Below the pieces are notes generated by a model. The model was not told the origin of the DNA. It saw nothing but the letters and a program-made list of their open reading frames with translations, and searched no databases. From IMG/VR virus record IMGVR_UViG_3300029258_005404: DNA of 64,000 nt; one strand, written 5' to 3'. Made by a program: the position numbers and the translations under genes. This DNA is from a virus. This document shows positions 41,996 through 50,917 of the stretch, piece by piece. Position 1 is the stretch's first letter; each line of letters starts with the position of its first letter.

Positions 41996-43273
41996 ATGAA
42001 TATCCAAAAACTTTTTATCGGATTGGTATTCGTATCATTATGCTCCGCTCAAATTAACATAAGCGGTACCGTGGTAGATGAAAATGAAAACCCGGTTGTT
42101 TTGACAGTCGTGTCACTGTCAAATCATAGAATAGATGATACAACAGACCAAAATGGTAATTTCTTACTTTCAGACGGTGTAACCAAGGTCGGAAAGGTAA
42201 ACAATTCACCCCGCGCATTTTCTGTAAAAATATCGAAAAGCTCTTTACATTTAAATGCAAATATCAATTCTAATGTTGATATTACAGCGTACAATCTGAA
42301 AGGCGCTACAGTATTTAACATTAAAAAAGCGATTCGTATTGGACACAATGCGATACCTATTCATAATTGTTCTGGTATTTCATTTTATCAGATTAAAATG
42401 AATGGCAGCAGTATTATTATTAAGCATAATTCCATTGGGAAATCATTCTCTCATTTTAACACACACAATTCGAATACAGTTGCTTCAATACCGTTTTCTA
42501 TTCAGGCTAAAAAGGGTGGTTATTATGACTACTCTATACCAATAAAGAATCTCGATACTAATGGTGTAAAAATCAAGCTGATTAGAAATCCTGATATTGC
42601 GGCCGATGCAGATGGAAACGTGTATCAAACCTTTGTTGTTGCCGGGCAGTGCTGGACAAGTAATCTGAGAACGACCAGGTATAGTGATGGTACAAAGATA
42701 CCTAATATTGAAGATAAAAATGAATGGAAGGCCTTGGCTTCTCCAGCGTATGGTTGTAACAAGAAAGTCTCAGGAGTTGACAGTCTTGAAAAATTCGGTT
42801 TATTATATAACTGGTATGTTGTTGATCCTGATAATCAGAAAAAAATAGCGCCTGAAGGATGGCGCGTTCCGACAACCGAAGACTTTATAATAATGGCGGA
42901 CTTCCTGGTTAAACACGGTCTAACCTGGGACGGATCGACCGAAACTTATAAACTTGGTAAAGCGCTCGCATCGAAAGAAGATTGGCTGGAACCTGATTTT
43001 ACATTAAATCCAAATCCTGATTCTCTTGGTACAATAGGAAAGGATTTGTCAAGAAATAATAAAGCAGGATTCACAGCCCCACCATCGTCTTACAGGTGTG
43101 GGTATACCGGTACCGATAACAAATTAGGGCATACATTTTATATGTGGTGTATTGATGTAAATAATGATGATTTATCTTATTGTGGAGCGCTACTATACGA
43201 TAGTGATATGTTCTACCATCAAGCTAGTGCTCATAAACGTTTCGGCCACTCTATCAGATTAATTAAAGAATAG
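41996..43273 (+). CDS. Secreted FISUMP (Fib_succ_major) domain protein
   Basis: Signal peptide MNIQKLFIGLVFVSLCSA; DADGNVYQT...GQCWTSNLRT...GLLYNWY...APEGWRVPTTEDF...GHSIRLIKE is the Fib_succ_major signature. Confidence 0.85.
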   Translation: MNIQKLFIGLVFVSLCSAQINISGTVVDENENPVVLTVVSLSNHRIDDTTDQNGNFLLSDGVTKVGKVNNSPRAFSVKISKSSLHLNANINSNVDITAYNLKGATVFNIKKAIRIGHNAIPIHNCSGISFYQIKMNGSSIIIKHNSIGKSFSHFNTHNSNTVASIPFSIQAKKGGYYDYSIPIKNLDTNGVKIKLIRNPDIAADADGNVYQTFVVAGQCWTSNLRTTRYSDGTKIPNIEDKNEWKALASPAYGCNKKVSGVDSLEKFGLLYNWYVVDPDNQKKIAPEGWRVPTTEDFIIMADFLVKHGLTWDGSTETYKLGKALASKEDWLEPDFTLNPNPDSLGTIGKDLSRNNKAGFTAPPSSYRCGYTGTDNKLGHTFYMWCIDVNNDDLSYCGALLYDSDMFYHQASAHKRFGHSIRLIKE

Positions 43274-43305
43274 AGAGGTTTAATAAAAAAAAGGAGGATA
43301 GCCAT

Positions 43306-43653
43306 ATGAACTCAACTACAGTTCGATGGATTGTCTCAGGCGTTCTCGCTGTTGGAGCAGCAACGCTATATATTTGGGACAAAAAAAGAAAAAAGCATCA
43401 AAATGAAGAATCTGATTCAGATGCTAATGAGACCCCATCTTTTAATAAAGGTGGGAGTGAATATCGTATGTTTATTTTAAAAAAGCATATTGTTGAAGAA
43501 GCAATATGGCGCGGTTTGTCAAAAGATATACCTGGATGGAAACGTGAACATGCGCCAGATATAAAAAAAATAAACGAATTGTCTAAAGCGGCAACGCTCG
43601 GATGGGGTCAAATTGTTGTAAAAATATTACAAAAAGCGGCCGGAAGAAAATGA
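43306..43653 (+). CDS. Hypothetical protein with N-terminal membrane anchor
   Basis: 115 aa, GGAGG RBS, WIVSGVLAVGAATLYIW. Confidence 0.7.
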   Translation: MNSTTVRWIVSGVLAVGAATLYIWDKKRKKHQNEESDSDANETPSFNKGGSEYRMFILKKHIVEEAIWRGLSKDIPGWKREHAPDIKKINELSKAATLGWGQIVVKILQKAAGRK

Positions 43654-43662
43654 TGATAATAT

Positions 43663-43693
43663 CGGGGGCGCATAGCCCCCTTTCCATTTTTTT
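43663..43693 (+). terminator. Possible intrinsic terminator
   Basis: GGGGC...GCCCC stem with a short loop followed by T-rich tract, just after the 43653 stop; boundaries approximate. Confidence 0.45.
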
Positions 43694-43704
43694 AAGGAGG
43701 GGTT

Positions 43705-43959
43705 GTGAGAGAAGAAAAAGATTCGCTTGTTATGATTATGAAGCAAGGTAACTTAATAATAACCAACTGCACACTTATTATGGATGCGCTTAAAGCTATA
43801 ATGAAAAACCAAAATGATATTATGAAAATGTTGCAGGTTGTTATTTCAAATCAATCAAATTCTACCATCAAAGAAGGTGAGCAAAACGATGGAGAGTACG
43901 CAACAATACATCCGCCTGTGGATGGAAAAAAGGGAATTACGGAAACAAAGAATTCGTAG
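43705..43959 (+). CDS. Hypothetical protein
   Basis: 84 aa, GTG start with AAGGAGG RBS. Confidence 0.6.
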   Translation: MREEKDSLVMIMKQGNLIITNCTLIMDALKAIMKNQNDIMKMLQVVISNQSNSTIKEGEQNDGEYATIHPPVDGKKGITETKNS

Positions 43960-43998
43960 AAACAGAATAATATTATTTTTTATAATCGGAGGAATCGC

Positions 43999-44193
43999 AT
44001 GTGGATTATATTTATTATTTGGACCATAATATTTATATGGTGCCTTCTCAGTATACTCGGAATATTAAATAATGATAAATCTGCATGGATAGTATCATTT
44101 AAAATAAGCTGCATTACATTTATTTTCTATTCTGCAATAGCAGTAATTGTAATGTTGATAAAATTCATCTGGTCTAATTTGCCGGATGGATAA
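43999..44193 (+). CDS. Small two-helix membrane protein
   Basis: 64 aa, GGAGG RBS, two hydrophobic stretches. Confidence 0.6.
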   Translation: MWIIFIIWTIIFIWCLLSILGILNNDKSAWIVSFKISCITFIFYSAIAVIVMLIKFIWSNLPDG

Positions 44194-44385
44194 TAACACT
44201 CTTAATCCATAAGGAGATATTATGGATACTGAATCAAAACACACACCAAGTCATTGTGATTACACAGAATGTTATCTTTATGATATATGTAATCATAAAG
44301 ATACACCTCATAATTGTTCTATGTATCGAGATTATATAAAATTAAAAAATATGGAAAAAAAATATGTAGAAATTGAAAATTAACA

Positions 44386-44792
44386 GGGGGTGTATTGGTT
44401 TTCGACGTGATGAACTGACGTTTCGGCTGCACGTAGAGGATGATCGTTGGCCTCTTAAATCATCGGTCACTATCAATAATTGGCAAATCCAATATTGATT
44501 TCTGCACACTGTTTGGCGCACTTTGCTATGCAAATGCACATGCAGCTGTTGCAGAAACCGCCGTCCTCTAATCAAAGAGGACAAACCCGGCGGCAAGAGG
44601 GTCGATTTCCGCCGGGTCGCCCAAAGGCCCTGGCTCATGAAGATGCTTCGATTCATGAGTGAGATTAGGAGCTGGCTGTCATTGTATTCTGTCTGTGGAA
44701 GATAGTGGCAGTGAGATTAAATCACCAGACTAAACGTGTAGATGTCGGAAAAGATGGCGTTGCGGACAGGGGTTCGACTCCCCTCACCTCCA
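44386..44792 (+). ncRNA. ssrA: tmRNA
   Basis: 5' GGGGGTGTATTGGTTTTCGAC; 3' T-arm GACAGGGGTTCGACTCCCCT followed by CACCTCCA; acceptor stem with G3:U70 alanine determinant; ATAATT-GGC resume context at 44482. CCA end is not encoded (CTA). Confidence 0.93.
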
Positions 44793-44822
44793 CTATTAGA
44801 GTAGTTTAAAGAAAGGGAAATT

Positions 44823-45188
44823 ATGAAAAGAGTAAAAGTGAACAAGGCTGAGTTGCTTGAAACTGTCAAGAAAAATCGTGAAGATCATCACGCAGAATAC
44901 AAAGTTGCTTTCCAGGAATATATAGAAGCTGGTAAAGTAGCAATCGAGCAGCTGCTCGATGATTTCAAAAAAGACCCAAATACACCATTGTGTATCGATA
45001 TAATGGCGCCTGCGTCACATATTGAAGAATATGATGACGCAATTTTAATACTAGAAGCTTCATGTGAAGAGGAGATCGAACTGGACCGGCAAGAGGTTAA
45101 CCAGCTCATTCTGAATAAGTGGCATTGGGTTGGAGATCTTGATCACACACGGACTATATATGCCAATTATCTGAAAATAAAAAAATAA
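44823..45188 (+). CDS. Hypothetical phage protein
   Basis: 121-aa ORF between tmRNA and tRNA. Confidence 0.75.
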   Translation: MKRVKVNKAELLETVKKNREDHHAEYKVAFQEYIEAGKVAIEQLLDDFKKDPNTPLCIDIMAPASHIEEYDDAILILEASCEEEIELDRQEVNQLILNKWHWVGDLDHTRTIYANYLKIKK

Positions 45189-45206
45189 TTGGAAAGAATT
45201 AACTCT

Positions 45207-45278
45207 GGGAGCATCGTCTAGTGGTCAGGATTCCGGCTTTTCAAGCCGTCGACCGGAGTTCAATTCTCCGTGCTCCTA
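45207..45278 (+). tRNA. tRNA-Glu (anticodon TTC)
   Basis: Acceptor GGGAGCA/TGCTCCT, D arm GTCT-AGTGGTCA-GGAT, anticodon loop TTTTCAA, T arm CGGAG-TTCAATT-CTCCG; no encoded CCA. Confidence 0.93.
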
Positions 45279-45289
45279 TTAAAATTTAC

Positions 45290-45404
45290 AAGCAACTGAC
45301 AACTAATCCGTAGCTGGGGAAAAATACGGTGTCGGACTACTCGCCCAGCCCTAAAGGTTGAGATATACCATCAGCAAAATGAGCTGTAGTCATGTCAGTT
45401 GCTT
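45290..45404 (+). ncRNA. Unidentified structured RNA candidate
   Basis: Perfect 12-bp closing stem AAGCAACTGACA/TGTCAGTTGCTT enclosing three inner helices; strand assumed from neighbouring genes. Confidence 0.5.
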
Positions 45405-45452
45405 TTATTGTTTATAAAAGAGACTTGTTTATTTTACTATAAGGAGGTTTTG

Positions 45453-45563
45453 TTGAAAAAAATAGCCGTTTTTACTTTCATTCTAATTATCATTGGAATT
45501 GTTATTGCTGTTATTATCACACCGGTTAAGGATGATGAATACAGATCCCCTCTCGGAATATAA
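45453..45563 (+). CDS. 36-aa single-pass membrane peptide
   Basis: AAGGAGG RBS, TTG start, KKIAVFTFILIIIGIVIAVIITPVKDDEYRSPLGI. Confidence 0.55.
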   Translation: MKKIAVFTFILIIIGIVIAVIITPVKDDEYRSPLGI

Positions 45564-45572
45564 GGAGAATTT

Positions 45573-46310
45573 ATGCACAAAGATATCACTCTATCAGAAA
45601 AAGATGACAGAGTTGTAAGCTTAACTGTAAAAACAAACCATAATCAGATATATAATATTGACTTAGAATTTTGTTCACATGAATTTGGGCTTGGTTGTGA
45701 CGATGTCCAGGTTAATGTAACAAAAAAAATGATATCTGAAGAAGGAAAAAGTTGTCAAGCTATTTTAACACCAAATAGAATATTGCATAGAGAAAAAGTT
45801 ATTGATGAAAAGCGCGATGGGTATATTATTCCCAATGTATGGTTTGAATTTCATCAAATACCAGATGGGCAAGGTTTACCAGCTAAAATTCCTGCTGTAA
45901 CAAGTCAGAGTTTTCCATACACAATTATAATGCCTAATATGATGATTGTTCCTAATAGAGAAGATTCAATTTATATGTTCAGTATTAATTTTTTTAATGA
46001 GGCTGGAGATTTTGAAGATACTGATGACAATATTGTTTGTATCAATTTATTTACAAACCAAAATAAAATTAGAAAGTTAAAAAACGATCTAATTTACAAT
46101 CTATCAACCCCTTTTAACCCATTGTGGGATAAAGAGCGTAAAGCAGCCGGTGAATCAGTTATTCTTCAACACTTATCAACCGGTGTGTATGGAGGTGCTA
46201 TTGTACTTTCTCCGGAAACGTCGAAATGTTATCTTAATATTGATTTAATATGGACGAAAAATGGTAAAGATAATTGGGAACAAAGAACTGGAATTACATG
46301 TATACGCTGA
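45573..46310 (+). CDS. Hypothetical protein
   Basis: 245 aa, AAGGAG RBS. Confidence 0.75.
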   Translation: MHKDITLSEKDDRVVSLTVKTNHNQIYNIDLEFCSHEFGLGCDDVQVNVTKKMISEEGKSCQAILTPNRILHREKVIDEKRDGYIIPNVWFEFHQIPDGQGLPAKIPAVTSQSFPYTIIMPNMMIVPNREDSIYMFSINFFNEAGDFEDTDDNIVCINLFTNQNKIRKLKNDLIYNLSTPFNPLWDKERKAAGESVILQHLSTGVYGGAIVLSPETSKCYLNIDLIWTKNGKDNWEQRTGITCIR

Positions 46311-46315
46311 TAACT

Positions 46316-46349
46316 AAAAAAAAGAGGTTTGTTTCATTCCTCTTTTTTT
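46316..46349. terminator. Bidirectional intrinsic terminator
   Basis: A-run-GAGG...CCTC-T-run between convergent genes. Confidence 0.6.
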
Positions 46350-46444
46350 AGCTATTACGCTCTTCCCATTTTTTTCGAAAATCTTCGCTCTGTGATTCAA
46401 TCCATTCATATATTGGCCGGTCGCCTAAATCTTTACCAGCTTCT

Positions 46445-46783
46445 TTATCCTTTAACTGTTTGTGTTTTTTTATTTCTTCTACCTGATCGTCCATAAATCT
46501 TTTCATTCTTGACTTGTCCATTCTCGTCTCCCTGAGAGCGTAAAGCCAAGTTCACATCACGCAAGGATACCATATCTTTAGGCGCATCAGCCACCCTTTT
46601 TGAGTTCCATATTGGACAGCACTTAATATTGCATTTAAAATCATTCAGCCTACATAGAACATTAAAATTACCCGGTTTGCCTGCGTATATAAATTTTCTC
46701 TCGTCGCAATGGGCCTGGAATACTTGAAAAGGTACTATTTTCTCATTTGATATAATTGTAGCACGGTCTATATTCATAATCAA
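46445..46783 (-). CDS. Hypothetical protein
   Basis: 112-aa ORF in a minus-strand operon. Confidence 0.6.
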   Translation of the reverse strand: MIMNIDRATIISNEKIVPFQVFQAHCDERKFIYAGKPGNFNVLCRLNDFKCNIKCCPIWNSKRVADAPKDMVSLRDVNLALRSQGDENGQVKNEKIYGRSGRRNKKTQTVKG

Positions 46784-46791
46784 TAAAATAA

Positions 46792-47016
46792 TTAAAAAAT
46801 TTTAGATCGTAATTTTTTCTTTGGGCATGTAATTAAATATCCTGTAATTGCGAAGTTCCCGTTTGGGAGATATGTTTTAAACCACTCTACAGTACTGCCG
46901 GGCTCTACCCAGACACCATATACAGTGCCTGGATAATCCCTTGCAGTAGATGGTGGCGCATGGATAGCTTCCATGCCGTTTTTAATTCTGTTTTTAGTAG
47001 GTTTTTGGAACAGCAT
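46792..47016 (-). CDS. Hypothetical protein
   Basis: 74-aa ORF overlapping the end of the nuclease gene. Confidence 0.55.
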   Translation of the reverse strand: MLFQKPTKNRIKNGMEAIHAPPSTARDYPGTVYGVWVEPGSTVEWFKTYLPNGNFAITGYLITCPKKKLRSKIF

Positions 47017-47389
47017 AACCGAGTTTCACCAGTTCATGATTAAGATTTGTCATTATTGTATTATCCTTTTTCATATATCTGATAATAGCAATATATCTCC
47101 CATATTTTCCTTTACTAAGCTTGGTTGTCTGCACCTGCACATATGTACCTTCAATAGCAGTAGCTACGTGCTGTTTCGCTTTTAACCCAAGCGCTTTTTC
47201 CTTTTTTCCAGTTTTCTTGCCGAGGCGTGTTTCAAAAGCATCTATCCCATGAAGCCTTACAGTAGTATGATAATGAGACGAGAAACCAAGATCAATATCA
47301 AGCTCAATCGTATCACCATCAATTACTCTTTTGACAAACGCGCTATACTTATACTCACCAAGCGAGCATGGTCCTGATTTAATATTCAT
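46994..47389 (-). CDS. Staphylococcal nuclease-like (thermonuclease) protein
   Basis: VKRVIDGDTI...VRLHGIDAFE...GKYGRYIA...NHELVKLGYA. Confidence 0.85.
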   Translation of the reverse strand: MNIKSGPCSLGEYKYSAFVKRVIDGDTIELDIDLGFSSHYHTTVRLHGIDAFETRLGKKTGKKEKALGLKAKQHVATAIEGTYVQVQTTKLSKGKYGRYIAIIRYMKKDNTIMTNLNHELVKLGYAVPKTY

Positions 47390-48271
47390 TTATTCCTCCA
47401 TTTGATTAGCTATTTCTCTAAGACTAATTTTAGCCTTCTCTTCTTCGGCAACCATATGGCTCCATTTATCCGCATCTTTATATTCAGCAATAGTTCTCTC
47501 GATTAATTCGACAATCACTTCTGGCTTTAGAGCATCCAATTCCCAGCTCTCCTGTCCATATTTGATAATATAAGCTTCATACCAAGAATCTTTTGTTTTT
47601 GCCGGATTTGGCGGGGGATTAAACTTTTCAATCTGATCGCGATTTAAAGCTATTCTATTTACATCCACCCCTCCCATAAATAACCTCATTCTATTCTCGA
47701 TATCACAAGTCATATCAATTCCACTTGGATCATGATCACCCAAATGGATAATAATTGGAATCTGGTCATGAAATTTTTTATACTTACGCAATCTTCGAGC
47801 AGCTCTCCACATCTCGCTTTGAGACGTGTATCCTCTGCACGAAAAATAAGGAACATCATTAATTCCGCAAATATTCTCGATTACACCAATAAGAGCATCT
47901 TTCTCAATCCATACCTCAATACGATAATCCTGATTTGCCCATTTGTCTATTTCGTATTGTTCAGAGCAAGCCCTAACTATTTCTCCGGGACCACCCCAAT
48001 GAGAGTTCTTACGAACATTGCGTGTTCTATCTTCAATTGCGCTCCAATCAATTTCTCCAGCCAATCTTGCATCATTTATGATGTTTCCGAGACGTTTATA
48101 TTCAGACTGTTTATTTGCAATAAGATCTCTTGAGACAAACTGATAATACAGCTGCCTGAGAGTTAAATTGAATCCCTTTGCAACGTATTCGTCGATAATT
48201 TCATTAGCGTTGTCTATTACTAAACGACTCGAAGCAGAAAATTTTTTTTCTATATATTGTATTTTAGGCAT
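47390..48271 (-). CDS. Toprim-domain protein of the topoisomerase VI A/Spo11/JetD-like type
   Basis: Winged-helix TLRQLYY with candidate catalytic Tyr, VWIEKDAL, CRGYTS, HLGDHDPSG (DxD), WELDAL. Confidence 0.75.
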   Translation of the reverse strand: MPKIQYIEKKFSASSRLVIDNANEIIDEYVAKGFNLTLRQLYYQFVSRDLIANKQSEYKRLGNIINDARLAGEIDWSAIEDRTRNVRKNSHWGGPGEIVRACSEQYEIDKWANQDYRIEVWIEKDALIGVIENICGINDVPYFSCRGYTSQSEMWRAARRLRKYKKFHDQIPIIIHLGDHDPSGIDMTCDIENRMRLFMGGVDVNRIALNRDQIEKFNPPPNPAKTKDSWYEAYIIKYGQESWELDALKPEVIVELIERTIAEYKDADKWSHMVAEEEKAKISLREIANQMEE

Positions 48272-49434
48272 TATTTTTTCTCTAATTGCTCTAGTGGATT
48301 TCCTTCCTGCTGTTCATTGTTTTTTATTCTTTTTTCTTCAGCTTCTTTTCTTATTCCATTTGTACTTTCTTGAAATTGAGGGATTAAATTATGATATATT
48401 TTATCAGGCAGATATCCAAAATCAAGCATTTCTTTTACAAACATTACAATATCCATCGTATATCCGCCATTTATAATTGCATTGATATACTTATTATGAT
48501 ATTTATCATAATATTTTTTCAAAATTGTCATACACTGTTCATTTGATGGATTCGTCACTTCAACAACAACTCGAAATCTTGAAGGCCTGTGTTTTAATGC
48601 AAAATCAACTTTATCAATATGATTTGCGGTCATAAAATAAATTAACTTTTCATTATTTGAATAAGCACCATCTATTACATTTAATAATGTATCAAATGTA
48701 AACTTTGCCTCTTCTATAAGACATTTTCTCACATCATATGTTGTATCAAAATCTTCAATTAATACAATACCAGGCCCTTTAGCCCTGGCAAACATTCGAA
48801 TAAGGCCATGGTTATCAACCTCACGCATCAAAGATAGAATGTAAATTGGAAGATTATATTTACATGAAAAATGTTTCGCAAGAATACTTTTTCCATTCCC
48901 AGGAGGGCCATATAATATTGTTCCTGTTTTATCCAAACCCCCATCAATAACACGATTAATATTTTCATCAATTTGATTATATGCATTCCCATAGATAGAA
49001 TCGAAAAAAATCTTCGGTTTTTTTACCGAACCTATTTTTTCGGCATCCCACCCTTGCATTATATAGATAGGAATATCTTCGCTGGCAATTTTTTTATTAA
49101 TTATCATATTTTTTAATTTTTTAACTTGCCATCGTAAAAGAGTTATATTAATTATACTATCAGTACCTGCAAATCCAGCCTGAAGCATTCTTTCTGAAAT
49201 GTCTATATAAAACATTATACCTTTTAATAATCCTATAGCTTTGAATTCTTTTGGCACTGCATCGTCGCAAAATTCTTCTCTTATTTTAAAAAATTTTCCA
49301 TCTTTTTTTACCATATCGAATAAAATACTTGCACGATGCCCACGTATCCTCATAGTAAAAAAAATCATCGATCTCAAAAATAACCATATTGACATCAATG
49401 ATCCGGTAACCCAAAGCCACCAACTTTTTAGCAT
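48271..49434 (-). CDS. Membrane-anchored AAA+ ATPase (BCS1-like)
   Basis: N-terminal hydrophobic helix; GPPGNGKS, VLIEDFD, FMTANH, RPSRF arginine finger. Confidence 0.85.
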   Translation of the reverse strand: MLKSWWLWVTGSLMSIWLFLRSMIFFTMRIRGHRASILFDMVKKDGKFFKIREEFCDDAVPKEFKAIGLLKGIMFYIDISERMLQAGFAGTDSIINITLLRWQVKKLKNMIINKKIASEDIPIYIMQGWDAEKIGSVKKPKIFFDSIYGNAYNQIDENINRVIDGGLDKTGTILYGPPGNGKSILAKHFSCKYNLPIYILSLMREVDNHGLIRMFARAKGPGIVLIEDFDTTYDVRKCLIEEAKFTFDTLLNVIDGAYSNNEKLIYFMTANHIDKVDFALKHRPSRFRVVVEVTNPSNEQCMTILKKYYDKYHNKYINAIINGGYTMDIVMFVKEMLDFGYLPDKIYHNLIPQFQESTNGIRKEAEEKRIKNNEQQEGNPLEQLEKK

Positions 49435-49452
49435 TTAATTTATCCTTTCTGT

Positions 49453-49770
49453 TTAAATATTAATAATTCCATCACCTATTTTTTTTATTCTTTCAACTAA
49501 ATATTCAAGAAGTCCTTCTGCCCACTTTTTATTACAGAGCTTAAATGTTGATTTGAATGTTTTAAATGAAATATCATCTTCCCTTATATTTAGTAAAATT
49601 GTACCACCCAACTCATCAACATAGATAACGCTAAAAAATATAACATATCTATTTCCAAAATATTTAACCTCAGTTACACGAGCAAGGCCATATTTTCCAT
49701 TATCAATATTTCTAAAATAGAAATTATTGACGTATTTTTCTCTTAACTGAGTTATTTTGTTTTTTGCCAT
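49453..49770 (-). CDS. Hypothetical protein
   Basis: 105 aa, GGAGG RBS. Confidence 0.65.
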   Translation of the reverse strand: MAKNKITQLREKYVNNFYFRNIDNGKYGLARVTEVKYFGNRYVIFFSVIYVDELGGTILLNIREDDISFKTFKSTFKLCNKKWAEGLLEYLVERIKKIGDGIINI

Positions 49771-49958
49771 ATCTAGCCTCCTTATATTCTTGTGTTGCAG
49801 ACTTTTTTTTTCAGCTCTCCAATACGTTCTTGAAGACGCTTAATACAGGCATTAACAATGGATCTGCCCATCGGAGCATTATATCTCTGATGGGCAGATT
49901 CCATAACAACATCAGCAAACATGATTCCTAGCCTTTTACTCCTTGTCAATTAACCTCC

Positions 49959-50189
49959 TCATTGCCATTTTAACGCCAATTCGAAACATTTATTGAAATC
50001 ATGTTCTTCGACTGTTGCTATCTGACTGTGCCCATTACGCTCAGAGCCAAGACAGATAGAAACAGCCGGTTCATTACCATCAAACTTCTCAATTATTAAT
50101 GGATAATGAGCACAACTTCTGATTCTTTTTTTGCGGCGATCTAATAATATTACACCGCATTTATTGCATCGAATAACGTTATCTGGCAT
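49959..50189 (-). CDS. Small Cys-containing hypothetical protein
   Basis: 76 aa, CxxC near the N-terminus. Confidence 0.55.
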   Translation of the reverse strand: MPDNVIRCNKCGVILLDRRKKRIRSCAHYPLIIEKFDGNEPAVSICLGSERNGHSQIATVEEHDFNKCFELALKWQ

Positions 50190-50190
50190 A

Positions 50191-50529
50191 TTAATCCTTA
50201 TTTATTTGTTTCCATTCATTTGCATGATCAACGAGAATTTCCTCTGAAACAAGCAGATGTTTTCCCATATTAACCTGGGAAACAATTTTGTCACATATAT
50301 TAATTGCTGTTTTTGCCTTTTTATCAAGTGTTTTTGCACCAGCCAAAAAAGCTAATTCAAGACGATTACGCAGATATTGCCCATTAGCAATACCTGCGCA
50401 TGCTTTTTTTCCTTCTGCAGACTTAAGCCATGAATCGCGCGCTTTTGCAAGAGTACTTTTATCAGGCCTGGAGACCACATTTTCCTTCATTGTTATTGCA
50501 TAGTTTTCTGATAAGTTTTCCATTATCAA
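50191..50529 (-). CDS. Hypothetical protein
   Basis: 112-aa ORF. Confidence 0.55.
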   Translation of the reverse strand: MIMENLSENYAITMKENVVSRPDKSTLAKARDSWLKSAEGKKACAGIANGQYLRNRLELAFLAGAKTLDKKAKTAINICDKIVSQVNMGKHLLVSEEILVDHANEWKQINKD

Positions 50530-50902
50530 TACTCAATCTTTCTCCAACAAGGTCGTATTTCACTTCCAAGGTTGTACACAAAATGCTTTTACGTGCCTGA
50601 ACTTTATCAAGAGCTTTGTTAAGTTTATTTTGCTCAAGCTTAAGCCGCTCAATTTCTGCTATGATTGAATTCCAATCATCAAGCTCATTCATATCAAGAT
50701 CAGCAATAACTTCGGTTTTGTTATCAGGACACATCTCACATATTTTATCACGAATCGATGCAGGTATAAGGTTCATTGGTATTAAAGCTCCTTTTAATTT
50801 ACCTGTGTCTCCGATTAACCTGTTTAGCATTTCGCCAAGCGAACCTGTTGAATCATCATTTTCGTCTGGAGGTAAGTTTTTTTCATTGTCATTATCACTC
50901 AT
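50462..50902 (-). CDS. Hypothetical coiled-coil protein
   Basis: 146 aa, AAGGAG RBS. Confidence 0.65.
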   Translation of the reverse strand: MSDNDNEKNLPPDENDDSTGSLGEMLNRLIGDTGKLKGALIPMNLIPASIRDKICEMCPDNKTEVIADLDMNELDDWNSIIAEIERLKLEQNKLNKALDKVQARKSILCTTLEVKYDLVGERLSIDNGKLIRKLCNNNEGKCGLQA

Positions 50903-50917
50903 AATAACTCCTTAAAA

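Noticed and set aside
43100-43273. Diversity-generating retroelement targeting the FISUMP C-terminus or tail fibres
   Set aside because: No reverse transcriptase and no template repeat seen in the window.
44342-44705. ORFs of 60-104 aa overlapping the tmRNA
   Set aside because: They are explained by the tmRNA; the 44480 frame (ANPILIS...) runs too far to be the tag.
45279-45404. tRNA-associated theta/HDV-like or hammerhead ribozyme
   Set aside because: The structure does not begin at the tRNA 3' end, and no CUGAUGA/GAAA core or nested double pseudoknot was found.
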